From the IMG/VR virus record IMGVR_UViG_3300029305_005988, positions 1 to 59,095 of that record: DNA of 59,095 nucleotides; one strand, given 5' to 3'. Position 1 is the stretch's first letter, and each line of letters begins with the position of its first letter. The translations under genes were made by a program, and so were the position numbers. Positions 21,155-35,365 of this stretch are shown here, one piece after another. The DNA comes from a virus (Duplodnaviria; Heunggongvirae; Uroviricota; Caudoviricetes). Below the pieces are notes generated by a model that was not told where the DNA came from, did not search any database, and saw nothing but the letters and a program-made list of their open reading frames with translations.

Positions 21155-24100
21155 TATACATTACCTCCCATAGAAATAATTGCGTTATAAAGCTCGGCAA
21201 AAGCTTTATTTAAATCTCTGTTATATTCTGCACTAATTAAAGCGCCATGTGTATCTGTTGTAAGTGTTATGTTAGGATAAATAGAATTTACTCCCTTTAC
21301 CGTGCCGTCTGCTGCTACTGTGTACTCAATAGGCTCGATAAAAGGTTCATATTCTGTAATAACCTTGCCGTTTTCAAGTTGAATTTGCATAAGGCTAAAT
21401 ACCACTTTTGCATTCTCTTCGTTTTCATCTACCCCGTCGTATATATAAATAACATAATTTTCTTTTAGCTTATAAACAACAGGATGTATATTCGCGGCGG
21501 CTACGACATAACCATCTGTTTTAATTGTGCCTTCTAATGTATACATAGCATCTGTTATAAAATTTCCTTCTGTATCATTAACACAAGTATAAATATATCT
21601 ATTTGTTACATTGGTTTTTACACTTAATACATATTCACCAGCAGGCAAATGTATTTCATAACCGCATCTTGTATATTTACTGCCATCTCTACCCGTATAG
21701 TTTAACTTTTTAATTAATGATGTATCATTATTAAATAAGTTTTTGCCTTGTGCGTACATCCTTACTACGCTTATATCCTCAATATATGGCGTGTATGCCG
21801 TTGCTACTGTACCTTTTTCAATCTGTGGATAGATGGTTACATTGTCGAAGGTTTTACCGCTATTGATTAGCACCCCAATCATGTTAATTACATCACCTTT
21901 ATTTACAACACCCGTGGAAGGCGCTCCCGATCCTGTTTCAATCCATGTAGTAGCATTTTTTCTTGCGTAAACAACTATATCAGTAGTACCACCGCTTATT
22001 GTATATGTACCCTCGCTAAGCGTAGGCTTGTTCTGCAAGTAAAATATAATACTACCACTTGCAGTTCCGTTAAGTGTTAGACTACCATCTCCATTGTCAG
22101 TAATAGTTACTCCGTTTTCTGTTTTTGAGGTGTTATAATACGGATAGGATATAAGATTTTTACTCTCTACCTTAACGCCCATTTCATGTACAATAGGTGA
22201 AACATCAATAATGCTAATAACCTCTCCGCTTATATTACCTTTTAAAGCATTAGAGAAAAGTCCTTTTTCGCTTGCTGTTATAAGTTTACCGCCATTGCCA
22301 GCATAAGCATTTCCATCTGTGTCTACAGTAAAAGCATTGCTTCGAGTATCTGATGTTCCATTTCCTACAATGAATAAAGCATCATCATTAGTTTCGTTAA
22401 ATTTACCAATAACAGTTTGAGCATCTGCCGTTGCTTTTGTTCCAATACCACTTACATGAGAAGCTTTGCCTTGTGCTTCGTTAAATATTACTTTTGAAAT
22501 GCTATAACTAGTTCCATATTTTAATAAACTATTTTTTATCCGACAAGAAGCATAACCTCCTACAGAAATGTTTTCAATCTATGCATCAAAACTTTTAGTT
22601 GGCAAGCTTAATTCTGTAAATCTAACAACATCACCGAGACTAAGATAAGAAGAAAAAGAATCGGCCTCTTCATCGGAATGAAATGATATTGTAAATGCAT
22701 TTGTAGCTTCTCCAACTTTTGCATTCGGATGTTCGTCTCCACCTTCTGCGGTAAATGGAAGAGAAATAATAAATCCTGCTCCTTCAGCATGAGCGCCTTC
22801 GCCAAGAGCCTTCGTGAATACTCCTTCAGCATGTGCGCCATAATGAGTAAACTCTGAACCGGCTTGAGTTGTCATACCCTCTGAGTGAGAAGCTCCTCCA
22901 ATAGCGTTGGTTCCTCCACCAATATAGATATCGTTATTCCTGTCTTTAACATGTCCACCCTCTGCGTGCGCAGCACTACCTTGCGCAATGCTATAACCAC
23001 CTTCAGCATGGGCCCAATCCCCGGTTGCTCGTGCTCTATTTCCTTCTGCATGTGTAAAATCATTGGTGGCATACGTACCATATCCTTCAGTGTGTGATGC
23101 CTTACCATTAGCTGTAGTAGGATAAACTCGTTTAGCGTTAAATGTAAAATTTATACCAAAAGAAAGATCCAATACCAAAGAACCATCATCTTTAATTTCT
23201 TGAATAGTTACATCATATTCTTTATCTGGTTCTTCTATACTTTGAAGAATTAAAATATCTCCAACACTACGGAATTCACTAGCAAGAGAAGGGATAATAC
23301 AAATATTAGTTTTTTGAGTTTCTCCTTCCGCAGGACTCATTGAACCTTGATAAGAGATATCTCCAATATAACCACAACCTTCAGCATGCGCATAGGGCGC
23401 CAAAGCTTTAGTATAAGCGCCTTCAGCATGTGCTCCAAGATGATTAAACTCACTTCCTGCGCATGTGCTTATACCCTCGGCATGCGCAGAACCGCCTGCC
23501 GCAATGTTTCTACCACCGCGACGAGTTAATTGATCTGCCGTTCTTGCATGACCGCCTTCAACATGAGAAGATCCGCCTGTTGCTTTATTATATGCGCCTT
23601 CCGCATGAGAAAAATTCCCCTCAGCCGCAGTTTGATATCCCTCAGCATGTGCGGCGCTAGCCGTTGCCTTTGTATTGGCGCCTTCAGCATGCGTTTGATT
23701 TGCCGAAGCTATAGTAAAATACCCTTCTGCATGAGAGTGTTCTCCACTGGCTTCTGTGCTATTGCCTTCTGCATGGGCATTGTTATTAGTTGCTTTTGTT
23801 GCATACCCCTCAGCATGCGTATAGCCGCCCGACGCTGTGTTTAACCCATTTCCAGAATAACCATTGAAGATTTCATCTGTAATACCAGCTCCTTGCTATC
23901 CAACAGAAGAGCCATTGTCTGAGACATCTCCTTCAACAAGAATCTTTTTATCTCCTGCATAAGCGGTTCCATCTATATTTACTTTAAAAGCATTTTTTCT
24001 ATTATTAGAAGATCCATTACCCACAATAAATAATGCTTCTGTATCATCTGCATTATATTGTCCAAAGACAGCTTGATTAGTACGAGAAGAGTTTACATAA

Positions 24101-24687
24101 GAACCATGCACAAAAGAAACTGCATGTTTTGCATTAGAGTGATCACCGCCTGCATGAGACTATGCTGCCTCCGCTCTAGTTGCATACCCCTCTGCATGAG
24201 CCGTATTAGCAGTTGCATAAGTACTATTACCCTCAGTATGCGAATCTGCGCCCTCAGCATGCGTGCCACCGCCCTCAGCGTGCGCATTGTTGTTTGTTGC
24301 GTGTGTTCCCCAACCCTCGGTATGAGAGTTTGCGCCAGTTGCATGAGTATTTGCGCCTTCGGCGTGTGCATAAATAGCAGTAGCTGTATTTCTTGAATAA
24401 TCATTAAATATTTCCGCGCTATTTACGGAACCTCGCTTACCCACAAGTTCGGCGCCAAGCGCATCCCATTGACTACCTGTCCAAGAAAAATTCATTCCAT
24501 TTAAGTTAACAACATTATAAACATCTCCAACTTCGGCCAGCGCAGGAAGTTGGCTATATTCATTAACACTGCCTTTAAATTTATAAACGCCTTCAACTAT
24601 AGGAGCTTGTTCTACAATGTAGTTTTTAATTTTCTCGTCATACAATTGAAGAAGTTCAAAATCAATAATTTTATCATAATTTGCCAT
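21154..24687 (-). CDS. Tail fibre / receptor-binding protein 2, 1177 aa: YadA-like HAEG repeats plus a C-terminal beta domain (several TAG)
   Basis: Track fragments at 24705, 24111, 23403 and 22182 share one frame; linker 22579-22182 checked open. Confidence 0.82.
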
Positions 24688-24743
24688 AAATTTATCTCCT
24701 TTCAAATTTAAACATCATAACATCTTTTCAGTTATGCGTGGCA

Positions 24744-26951
24744 TTAATTAAATAAACTTTCAATATCACTAGCAAGAGCTAATGAAATTGTTGGAACCAT
24801 ATCAACAGTTGTAACTTCTTTGTCATTTATCATTACTTTTTCACCGACAGAAAGAATTGTTGAATAAGGAGTTTTTGAGCTACCAGGATCTACTAATGAA
24901 ACACTACTGCGTAATTCAACTTTATCTGGATCTATAAATACTAAAGATTTACTCATTTCAGATGACATAAAACCTCTTTCTATTGTAACAGACTCTCGAG
25001 CATCTGCAGAATTCTTTACTTTTTCTACATAGTCTTTAGCGTCTGTAAATTCACTAATTTTAGTAGGAACATCTCCTTTTACAAGGATTTGTTTGTCATC
25101 TATATAAGCTTTATTATCATCAGTAATCACAAAAGCGTTTTTAGGGGTGTTATTATCTCCATTACCAATAATAAACAAAGCGGAAGAATCTACTTTGTTA
25201 TATTGTCCGAATACTGCTTGATTATCTCTACCTGTTTCAACTCTAACTCCATGAGCAAAAGAATTATTATGATTGGCTATGGTTGCTTTTATAACTGTAA
25301 AAGAGCTTACCTCTTCCTTTAAGGATCTGCTAAAGCTACATTGTGTCTCCATATAATGGAAACCAGCAGTCTCATCATATACATGATGAGGTGTCATTAT
25401 ACACATCGTAACAGCATTGGGATAATGAAGAACAACTGGATACTCTAATCCATTTATAAAATCATTTTCAACATTTTGGCATACTCCAATATTGTCAGAT
25501 ACTTTATAAAAAGTATAAGTATCACCATATTCTCCATAACCACCAGCATAAGAATTATCTTTAGCCGCAACCGTTCCCTAACCAGTAGCAATAGAATTTT
25601 CTCCTCTTGCTAGAGTTAACGCACCTTGCGCAAAAGAGTGATTTCCTAGTGCACTCGTTCCATAACCAATAGACATAGATTCTGTTCCACTAGCCAAGGT
25701 TTTATTACCCATTGCTATTGCATGATCCGCTGTGGCTTCTGTGTCTGCACCCAAAGCATAAGAATTTTTACCAAGCGCCTCTGCTCGAATACCATGAGCA
25801 AAAGAATAATCTCCAACCGCTCTCGCGTTCAATCCTCCCGCATGAGATTCTTTTCCTTCTGCAATAGTAGAATGTCCTTCTGCATGAGCTGCTTCGCCCT
25901 TTGCAACCGTATCTCTGCCTTCTGTGTGGGACGCTACTCCCATAGCTTTGGTTGAAGATCCTTCGGCATGAGAGGCTGGTCCAACAGCCTCAGACAATAT
26001 ACCTTCTGCATGAGAACCTTCTCCATTAGCAAGGGTATTATCTCCTTCTGCATGCGCGCTTGTTTGGTTTGCTTGAGTTTTTATACCTTCTGCATGAGAA
26101 TAATTACCCATAGCTATCGATTCATTACCTTCTGCATGAGAGGATATTCCACTTGCGGTTGTTCCGCTACCTTCAGCATGCGCGTTATTGTTAGCTGCAT
26201 GCGTTCTAAAACCCTCTGCATGAGTATTGTCTTTAGTTGCTTGAGTTTGAGAACCCTCTGCGTGAGATCTAAATCCAGAAGCTTTATTATACTTATAGTC
26301 GTTAAAAACCTCTCCTTCATTAGAAGTTTTTTTACCTGCTGTTCCTACTTCATTATTATTATATAAAAGCTTTCCTGAAGTCTCAATAGAAACATTACCG
26401 TTCTTCATTTCTATCGAACTATTATTTGTATAATATTCAGTTTCACCTGTGAAATAATCGTTTTCATCGCGTATCCAGATTTCATCTTTTCTTTCATTAC
26501 TTAACTTAAGAAACTGCGTAGATACTTCAATCTATGAATCTGTATGGTGCAAGTCTTGTCCATAATCATGACCTCCGTGCTTATCCTCAGCAACAATAGT
26601 AGTTTGATTATCTTGAACTTTAAAACCAGAAATAGATCCGTCTTTGTAATAATCATCAGTGTTTTTTATAAAAACTTCACTTGTTTTATTGTCAACATCT
26701 TCTTTGTAATAAGCCAATTCTGTTTTAGTAAAAGGCAAATTGTTAACAGTGCTAACTCCATCTCCAACTTTAAACCTAGGCAGTGTTATTCTTTCTATTC
26801 TACCCGTTCCTTCTAGACTATCAGAAGAAGTTTCGGCATCATAAATAATAATTTCTCCCTACAAAGGAATAAAATTAACTGCCTTAAGCCAATTAGCTTC
26901 AATATCGTGTTTATTAACAATACGCGCTTTCATTTCTTTGTTGCTTGCCAT
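24744..26951 (-). CDS. Tail fibre / receptor-binding protein 1, 735 aa: Mtd-N-like start, HAEG repeats (several TAG)
   Basis: RIVNKHDIEANW..FIPL*GEIIIYD..RFKVGDG; fragments at 26738, 26408 and 25406 are in frame. Confidence 0.82.
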
Positions 26952-27055
26952 TATTCTTAATCTCCTTTCAAAGAATTATTATAATTCATTAATCATCTTT
27001 TCAGATTAATGTGGCTAATTAATAGTATTTAATTAAATGTATTTTTAATATTAAT

Positions 27056-27076
27056 AGGGCGGCGGACCGCCGCCCT
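27056..27076 (-). terminator. GC-rich hairpin terminator
   Basis: AGGGCGGCG-GAC-CGCCGCCCT. Confidence 0.7.
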
Positions 27077-27082
27077 TTATAA

Positions 27083-29251
27083 TTAAGATTTCAATTGAAT
27101 CGGTACATATCCTTTTTTACCATCTGCAAAGAGGATTGTTATAACATTAGAAATATCATCCTAAGAACTTATGTCTGTATCAATATTTAAACCTGTTAAA
27201 CTTATTGTAACCCCATGTAAACCCAATTGTGGATAAAAATGAAGGTATCCATCTGTGGTTCTGATACTATTCGTCCAAACGGTTCTATAAGTATGATTAT
27301 TATATCCTAAATCCATTAAACTATCGCTAAAGGGTTGAAGAGCAACATGATTACTTCCACTCTCATTCCAAGTCTAAATCTAAAAATGCTAAAGTTTAGC
27401 TCCCTCGTCTTTATAGCTATTATAATTATTTCCAAAACCACATTCGTTTTCAAAAACAATCAATTCTTGCTATACATAACTACTATGATTAGTTCTTGTT
27501 AAATCTATTTTATGACTCTAGATTTTTCCTAAAATATCTATATTATAAGTGTAAATATTATTAAATCTTGACTCATCTTTTCCAAGATTAATGGTATAAT
27601 CTAAACCTGGAGCAATTAAATCACCTTCAAATCTTAAAAACCTACCAATTGAACTATTACTACTTTTCCAATAAAGTTCTTCTAGCTCATATATTTTACC
27701 AACAGAAAAACCGTCTCCTTCAACAGTAAGACTGTTAGTTATAACCGCATCTGTATAAATATTGCCAAAACGATACTAACTCTATCCTAAATTTAGTCGA
27801 TTAGTCGCAGATGCATTAATCGAAGGAACAATATCTAATCTTCTATTACCTGTATTAGTATCATATATTTCCCAAAGCTTTAAATAAGGATAACCAGATG
27901 AAGTGCCTCCAATTCCACAAGTATTTTCCAGTCTAAGAATTTTTCCATCTTCATTAGCAAAATTATTATTAATATAATTAAGCTTATTACCACTAACCTA
28001 TACAAACTTATCAGTTACATAAAACTTGGTTTTTCTATTTAAAGAAGATGTACCCGTACCCACTTCAAAATAAGGAGCATACCCATCAAGAGTATCATCG
28101 TTATATTCTCCAATAACCAACTCTGAGCTATTGTTGGACTTTAATCCCTTACCAATGGCGCCAGATATAAAATGAGCCTGATCTATAGTGTTGCCAGACC
28201 CAATAGCAAATGATCTTTCTCCCTTTACTGAATTTGGAGAATCGGTTTCTGATAACTGTGGAGTTTGTAATGAATCACTACCCTCTCCTGGTTCCAATGG
28301 AATCCAAGTTCTTAGCTTTTTATCATAGTCTTTTAATCCCTATAATGTAACTAATTTATTATTGTCCGCAGATTTTGTTTCTTTTTCTGCTTCAATAGAA
28401 TCTGTCCATTCTGGAATTATATTTAGAACTTCTTCTTGAGACGCAATTAAATAAGTTGGATCTATATATTTTTCACCACTTACTAAATCTAACAAATGGC
28501 TATTCTCAAGTAAAGCTTGCCAAACAGAAGTTTTGTTTTCTCCCTTAGTTATATCAAAATTAAAATATATTAAATCATCTTCTCCAACTAAGCGATACTA
28601 CAAAGCTCCTTTTTCATCAATAAAAGGAATTAAGAGTAAACTAGTAATATCTCCCTCCGCCAAGAAGGATCCTAAATAATCTCCTTGATTTTTCCCTTCA
28701 AAGCGTTGTTTTTCTTCGCTACTAAGAGGAGTTTTTCCATCACTTTTGTAAATTTCTTTTAAATCAGAGTATGATTTTATCATATAAATACCAAAAAGAT
28801 CTTTTTCCCATTCGCTTTTGGTACTTAAAATTTCATGATAAAAAGAAGTAACATCTGGGTTAAAGTCATAATGGTTTATTAACTTGTTGTTATCATCAAA
28901 TTTGCCAAATAACACATCTTTTAAAGACCTTTTATGTTTGATAATAGCGTCCTCAGTAGTAGGAGTAAATAAAATATTTTCCATATTTGAGGTAAAATAC
29001 ATTGGTCCATAAACCTAACTCTCCTCACCTTCTTCAACTCTAACATAAGCTCTAGCAATTCTCTAATCGCTACTATTAACAACATTACTAGGAACTTTAG
29101 TTTCATCCGCGTCAATCACTGGAAAAGATAACTACTATTCTTCTGTTTCTATAGTGCCATCTGAATAAGTAATGGTCTATTCAACATATAATTTACCATC
29201 TTTAATTATAGCATATCCAAGATTAACTTCTACTATAGTCTTATTACTCAT
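27083..29251 (-). CDS. Putative tail-tip/fibre-related protein, 722 aa (many TAG, including a tandem TAG TAG)
   Basis: AAGGAGG RBS; fragments at 29002 and 28297 are in frame; contains an ELVIGEYN..FEVGTG module. Confidence 0.72.
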
Positions 29252-29289
29252 ATAATATAAAAAACCTCCTTTTTCTCAAGGTAAATTTA

Positions 29290-29556
29290 TTATTTTTTTC
29301 CAATAATAAATTTTTTATTACTCATATCATTTTGTGGTATGAGAACATATACAATATCATCTTTTTTATATATTTTATCTAGCCTGTCTGCAAAAAAAGT
29401 AATGCCCTAATATTCAACACTAACTAAAGCATTCTCTGAGGTATCGGCTTTCACTTTGCATTTTATGGTTTTATCAAAACCTAGTTCTCGCAATTTTTTA
29501 TCTACTATTATATCAATAGAATTAAAAATTGCATTAGAATAATCTGTACTATTCAT
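29290..29556 (-). CDS. Small baseplate-region protein, 88 aa (1 TAG; missing from the ORF track)
   Basis: AAGGAG RBS; ..VEY*GITF..VYVLIPQNDMSNKKFIIG. Confidence 0.7.
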
Positions 29557-29584
29557 GAACTCACTCCTTTTTCTCTACTTTATA

Positions 29585-29623
29585 TTATAAAAAATTGAAT
29601 ATTTTCTTTAATTAAAAATGACC
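29585..29623 (-). promoter_or_regulatory. Putative phage promoter GGTCA-N29-TATAAT
   Basis: TGACC at 29619-29623 on the + strand; 29-nt spacer. Confidence 0.65.
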
Positions 29624-29672
29624 AAAAGATATCAATGTTTGCTATTAACATCTTTTGGTCAAATTATTTTAA

Positions 29673-32600
29673 TTATCCACGAGTATTTTTATAGGCATGC
29701 TATGTAGCTAATCCAACAAGATTATCAAAAGCTTGCTCAATTTCACTATGATTAGTAGCATTTGGAAACTCTGCATGAATTTCTACTCTTTGTTCAATAG
29801 TAGAAGAATTATTAGAATCTGTAAATGCGCGCGTCATTGGGGTTACGCGCATTGAAGAGACAGTATCAAGCATCTTAGACTAAAGAGCTCGCGCAATTTC
29901 TACAGATTGCAAAATATTGCTAGTATCTTGTTTATTAAGAACCAACTCTTTTTCATGAAGAATTGCAAGTCTACCATCTAATCCCCAAGAACCTGTATAT
30001 CCTCCTGTGTCATTGGAAGATGGCTATATTCCAAATTTTTCAGCCATACCTCTAATATCACTAGCAATGTTACCAACATCTCCAGTGATAGATTTAATTT
30101 CATCGGTGTAATTAGTAGCCTCTGCCGCTTTAATTAATTCCTCCATTAAAGCATTGCTACCACCAGTAGAGAAAGCATCTAACCAAGTTTGCATTCCAGA
30201 ACTAGCTGTTCCTCCAGCTTTTCTAAAATCACCTAAAGCGACTTGATTACGCTCTATGGCTGTGCCAAACCACTCTCTATATTTAGCCACTACTTGCTAT
30301 TTGTCTTTATCGGTTGCGGCAGACGCATATTCTTCAGCAAAAGACTAGCGCAATGAATTAAATTCATCAACAGTGCCCATGTAACTTGATTTAGAAGAGT
30401 CATAAACTGCCTATTGAGCCTCTCTCTTCTACCTCTCGGCGGCAGCAATAGCCTATTGATCTGCCACATATTGATAACTATAAGTGCCGTCTGCTCCACG
30501 AACTAAACGCATCTTATTTTTATTATTACGCGCATTCTCAAGAGCAATCTCAGCTTCAAGAAGTGAAAGTTTTTGTTCGGCGCGAGTAATATCTTCTTCA
30601 GAAAGCTTATCCATTTCGCGCAAAACGCTAAGCTGTCTATCAAGTTCACTAGAAAGGCGCGCCTAGGCGCTCTTATTAGTCAACTTATTAATTTTCTCTT
30701 TAACATCAAGTTCAAGGTTTTCAATGCGATAAGTTTTTTCTACTGTATCTAAATATTTATCTGCATCTTCTTGAATATATCTCCATTCTCGATCAAGATA
30801 ATCAAGACCTTTGCCAGTAGCTCTTTTTGCACTCTCTTGAAAAGCTGCATTAATACTATTAGCCATCTTCTCTCTAAGAAGCTCAACATGACTTGTTAAT
30901 GCACTTACATAATCTCCTCCTGCCGCAACAAGCTCATCTAAATATTTTTGTCGAGAGGCGTCATCTTCAAAACTATACCAAACCCCATCGGCGCCCGTAA
31001 AACCACCCTGATTCGTCGCATTTAGTAATGTTTGATATTTCTCTCCAGCTTTTCCATAAGACGTAGAAGATAACAATGCCATAGAATCGTACAACTCAAC
31101 CATTTTAGAAAATTCATTTTCACCATAAATTTTCTTGTATAAGTCTGCAACTTCCTAAAGAGTACCTTGAAGACTCTCATAACGACTTTTTAAAGTGTCT
31201 AAATATTCAAGCTCTGTATCAAATGATTCAAGTTTCTTTTGATATATTTGCTCTTGATTTTCAGTAACCGCTTTAGTGGCATCGTTATAGGCTATTTCAG
31301 CAGTAGTTACATCTTGTAGCAACTATAAATATTCTGCTCTTTTATCTTCATCATTAGCATATTTTTTTGCAATTAAGTCCTTAGCATCTTCTGGATTTGT
31401 ATAATCAATGCCTGTTTTTGTTTTAAATTCTTTTACTTTTTTATCAAAAGCTTTTTGTTCTTCTTCACTAAGGGACTACAAAATTACTTGCTAAGCCTCT
31501 AGATTTTTATTTAACTCTAAAATCTTTTTTGCTTTATCCGAGCCAACTGATTCATCAATAGTTTTTTCTAAATCGTTATAATTTTTTTCAAGAACTTTAA
31601 GACGAGATTCTCCAAACTCAGTCCATGCTTCATCTTGTAGCTCAACTGCCTTTGTCTTTGCTGCATCCACAAGATCTTTTGCAGAGCCGGTAAAAGTTGA
31701 TAAATCAATTGTTTTTAATGCATTAAAACCTGATGTGCCTAGCTGATCTAACGATATTTTTCCTGCTAACTCATCCGCAAATTCTTGTGTCATAGTTTTT
31801 GCTTGAACACTACCTTGTAACCACTATGTTCTAGCCAATAATGCCTAAGCATTTGAATCTCCTACCTTAGCATATTGGGCATCTACTCGTGAAGCAGCGG
31901 TGTCATAGTCAATATTTTGTGAGTTTTTTATATCCTAAATAAGAGCTTCACGATCTGTTTTAAACTAGCTTATAGAGGTCGATTTTGAATATGAGTTTTG
32001 ACTAACTGATTTTGCAACCTTCGCAGTGGAACCAGTTTTATTTGCGGTATCATAATCAGCAACAGCTCCTGCAAAATCTTCATCATCTAAAATTTTTCGA
32101 ACTTTCTTATTTAGCTCACTTTTTGAACTTGTATTCCATCCATCTTGCGCGGTGGCCTCTTTAAGGGCATGGTAAAATAATGATTTTTCTTCAGCTGTCA
32201 TATTGGCCATGCGTTTAAACCAAATATTATAGTCATCGCTATGTGAAATTAAAGCTCGTACTTTATCATTATTACTGTTTTCAAAAATATTTTTTAAAAT
32301 TTCTAAGTTTTCTGCATCTCCATCTGTTACAGAATCTCCTGCGTTAATATAATCCAGAGTTTCTGATGCATTTGCAATACCTCCAGTGTTAGAAGCCTTT
32401 ACTTTGTTTAATTTCGTCTCTGCCGCGCTTTTTTCTGCATTAGCAGATTGTGCCAAATCATCATATGTTGCAGAAGTTTTGTCTCTAATAGACGCTGCTA
32501 ACTAATCATATGCTCCAGCTGCGGCAAGAGCTTTTAACTAAGAGCTTTCAAGAGCTTCACACATCTACTCCGTAGCAGAAATTAACTATTCAGTTTCTTC

Positions 32601-35276
32601 ACCAGTTTTTTGATATGTTTCATATAATTTTAAAAAAGACTATTCTAAATCTAAGGTTTTCTAAAGTTCTTTCTATCTCTCTCGCTCTGCTTCAATTGTA
32701 GCATTTGCGCTATCTATTTGCGCCTAATTAAATTCCTTTACTATCTAAATTAACGCAGAAAGAGCACCGATTACAAGACTTACCCAGCCAAAAGCAAGCT
32801 AAATTTTTGCTCCTACTCTTTGCGCAGTAGGCCCTGCTTTTTTTAATGCTCTGTTTGCAGCTGTAATATTACCTATCATTGAGCCAGCTGCACCCGCTAC
32901 TCCGGTAATACCTCCAAGAAAATCTGAAAAGCCTCCTCCAGAAGCGCTCATAGCGCTTGCAAAAGATTGTACTGCCCCCGAAGCCATCGCTGCAGTCATG
33001 CCAACCGAGGCAATCCCCTATGCAACCTCAGTCACAACTGCCGCGCGCCCTACTGCATCAAGACTGTCATTCATACTACTTTTTAAGTTTTTATTAGCGT
33101 TAGCAGTGTTTTCAGTTGCATTAGCTAATTTTTCTTCTGCTTTTTTTAACTCTTCGTCTAGTTTTAATTTACGCTCAGCTAATGGTAAATACTCTCTTAA
33201 AAATTTTAATTCATCCTACTCTTGTTTTGTTAGCTATTTTGCATTTTGATTAAAAGTGGCCTTATGTTCTGCCTTTTCCAAGTCGGATAACCGCTTTCGC
33301 GCTTCTATTGTTCCTATTCTTCCTTTTACATTTTCTTTATTTTTTAAATCATAACTTACAACTCTTTCGCCAGCTTCATTTTTAAAAGTTTGAGTAGTTT
33401 CACCTGATAAAGACTACTTTAATTGATCTCGTTCAGCTTTAATATTATTATATTCTTTTTCAATAGCAATAACAGCCTTTAAATTTTCAGCATATTGTTT
33501 AATACCAGCCTATAAATTATTAAACTAATCATCAGTTAAATTATCTGACTATTCAATAATTCTTTTTTCAAGATCTAAGATGTCTTGAAGCTATTCTTTT
33601 AACTCCGTACGACCTTTTACTTCTTCTTCAAGACTTTTAATAGTAGCCTAACTATTTTCCATCTATGTTCTATACAGCTATGCCTGTAACTTATTAGACT
33701 CTCTTTTTATTATAAGATCTTGCATGTTTCTTTTTCCAAGAGTGGTAATTAACATTAACATAACAGAAAGGATACCTGGCATTCCACCTAAACCTTTAAC
33801 TAAACCAGTTACCATTTCAGTAAAGCCACTTAAAACATCATAAACTCCTTTAATAGAGTCTGAATCAAAAATTGCATCATATAATCCTTCGGCCGAAGCT
33901 TTTAATTTGTTTTGATGTGCTTCAATCGACTATAGGTACTCAATATGCTATTGATTTAAAGTACCAGTAGCTTCCATAGAGACATTAAACTGTTCTTGAT
34001 ACATGCCCCAATTATCAAATAATGCCATCATACGGGAATACTATCTAGTACCAGCAATAGATTGCGCCAAGGATACTTGCTATTCGCGAGTCATGGTTGA
34101 CCATCCGTTACCGATTTCATTAATAATATCTTCCATATCACGCAATTTACCATTAGCATCTAGTACGTTAATGCCCATTTGAGCCATTTGAGAAGTGTAC
34201 TCACCTAATGTGGTTTCAGTATCTAGTCCAGCTTCAATATCACTCATACGCGCATATACTGTTTTTAAAGCTGTACCAATAGATTCTGGTGCTTCGCGAG
34301 TAACTGAAACAATTGTTGCAAGCTAAGCGTTTAATGAATCAGCTCCAACACCCATAACATTAGCAGCCGAAGCCACTTTAGACATACCAGTTGATAATTC
34401 TTCAAGATCGGCTGCGGTACTTGCTGCAACGGCAGAAAGTTTATCAATATACATTTCTGACTCTTCGGCACTAACCTTATAACCATTCCATACAGCAGTA
34501 AGTTGTTTAGAAACAACATCTGCATTCTATCCTGTGATAGCAGCTACTTTTACAGTTGTTTCTGTACGCGCCTTAACTTCTGCATCACTTAAACCCTATT
34601 GATAATATATTAAAGATGCTTCTGTATAATCTCGAGTAGAGGCGCCAAGCTCTTTTGCCGCCTTGTTCGCAGATTTTGCAAAATTTTCCATTTCACGCGA
34701 AGATTTATCGGTAACAATCATAATATCATTCAGTGCACCATCTAAATCTACCGCATAATTAAATGCCTATTGAATAGCGCTTGAAATACTGTTAATAATT
34801 GTAGATGTAATAGTCCATCTAATGGTATTCATCATTGTATCGCCAAGTTTTTTAAAGGTTTCATTTGTTTGTTTCCCAACTCGGTCAATAGCTAACATAC
34901 TTGTAGTCATATCAAGCAATGCTGTTTTTCCCTCGGTGCCATAATTTGCAATGGTGGCAAAGGCCTATCCTGCAGTAGTTCCAGACACTTTCAAGCTTTC
35001 ATTAAATTTATTTAATTCATATGTACCCAGTTTTGGATTATACGCTGCTTCAAAGGCCTTTTCCAATGATGCTAATTCTTTTCGCATATCGCCAAGATCG
35101 TTTTTCCAGCTTTTTGTTTTCATATTAGATAAGCCAAGAATATTGCCTCCAGATTTTTCAATTTCATCCTTGCTCATTTTTCTTAGTTTCTCAAGAGACT
35201 ACTTTACATTATTTAAACTAGCAGTATTAACATTAAAATCAATACCAATACCTAATCTTGCCTAATTTTTACCCAT
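29673..35276 (-). CDS. Tape measure protein, 1867 aa (dozens of TAG)
   Basis: Fragments at 35177, 32999, 32456, 31793, 31103 and 30290 share one frame; TP901-like core DYTEASLIYYQ*GLSDAEV..LTAVWNGY; 5604 nt. Confidence 0.9.
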
Positions 35277-35325
35277 AATATCCTCCTTTAACTCTTTATT
35301 GGATATAAAAATACCCTACTTATTA

Positions 35326-35365
35326 ATTATAATAAATAGGGTAATTATATTAATTTAAATTGACC
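35326..35365 (-). promoter_or_regulatory. Putative phage promoter GGTCA-N29-TATAAT upstream of the tape measure gene
   Basis: TGACC at 35361-35365 on the + strand; 29-nt spacer. Confidence 0.65.

Noticed and set aside
18826-26951. Diversity-generating retroelement suggested by the Mtd-N-like fibre starts
   Set aside because: No reverse transcriptase and no template/variable repeat pair differing only at adenines; the similar blocks differ at all bases.
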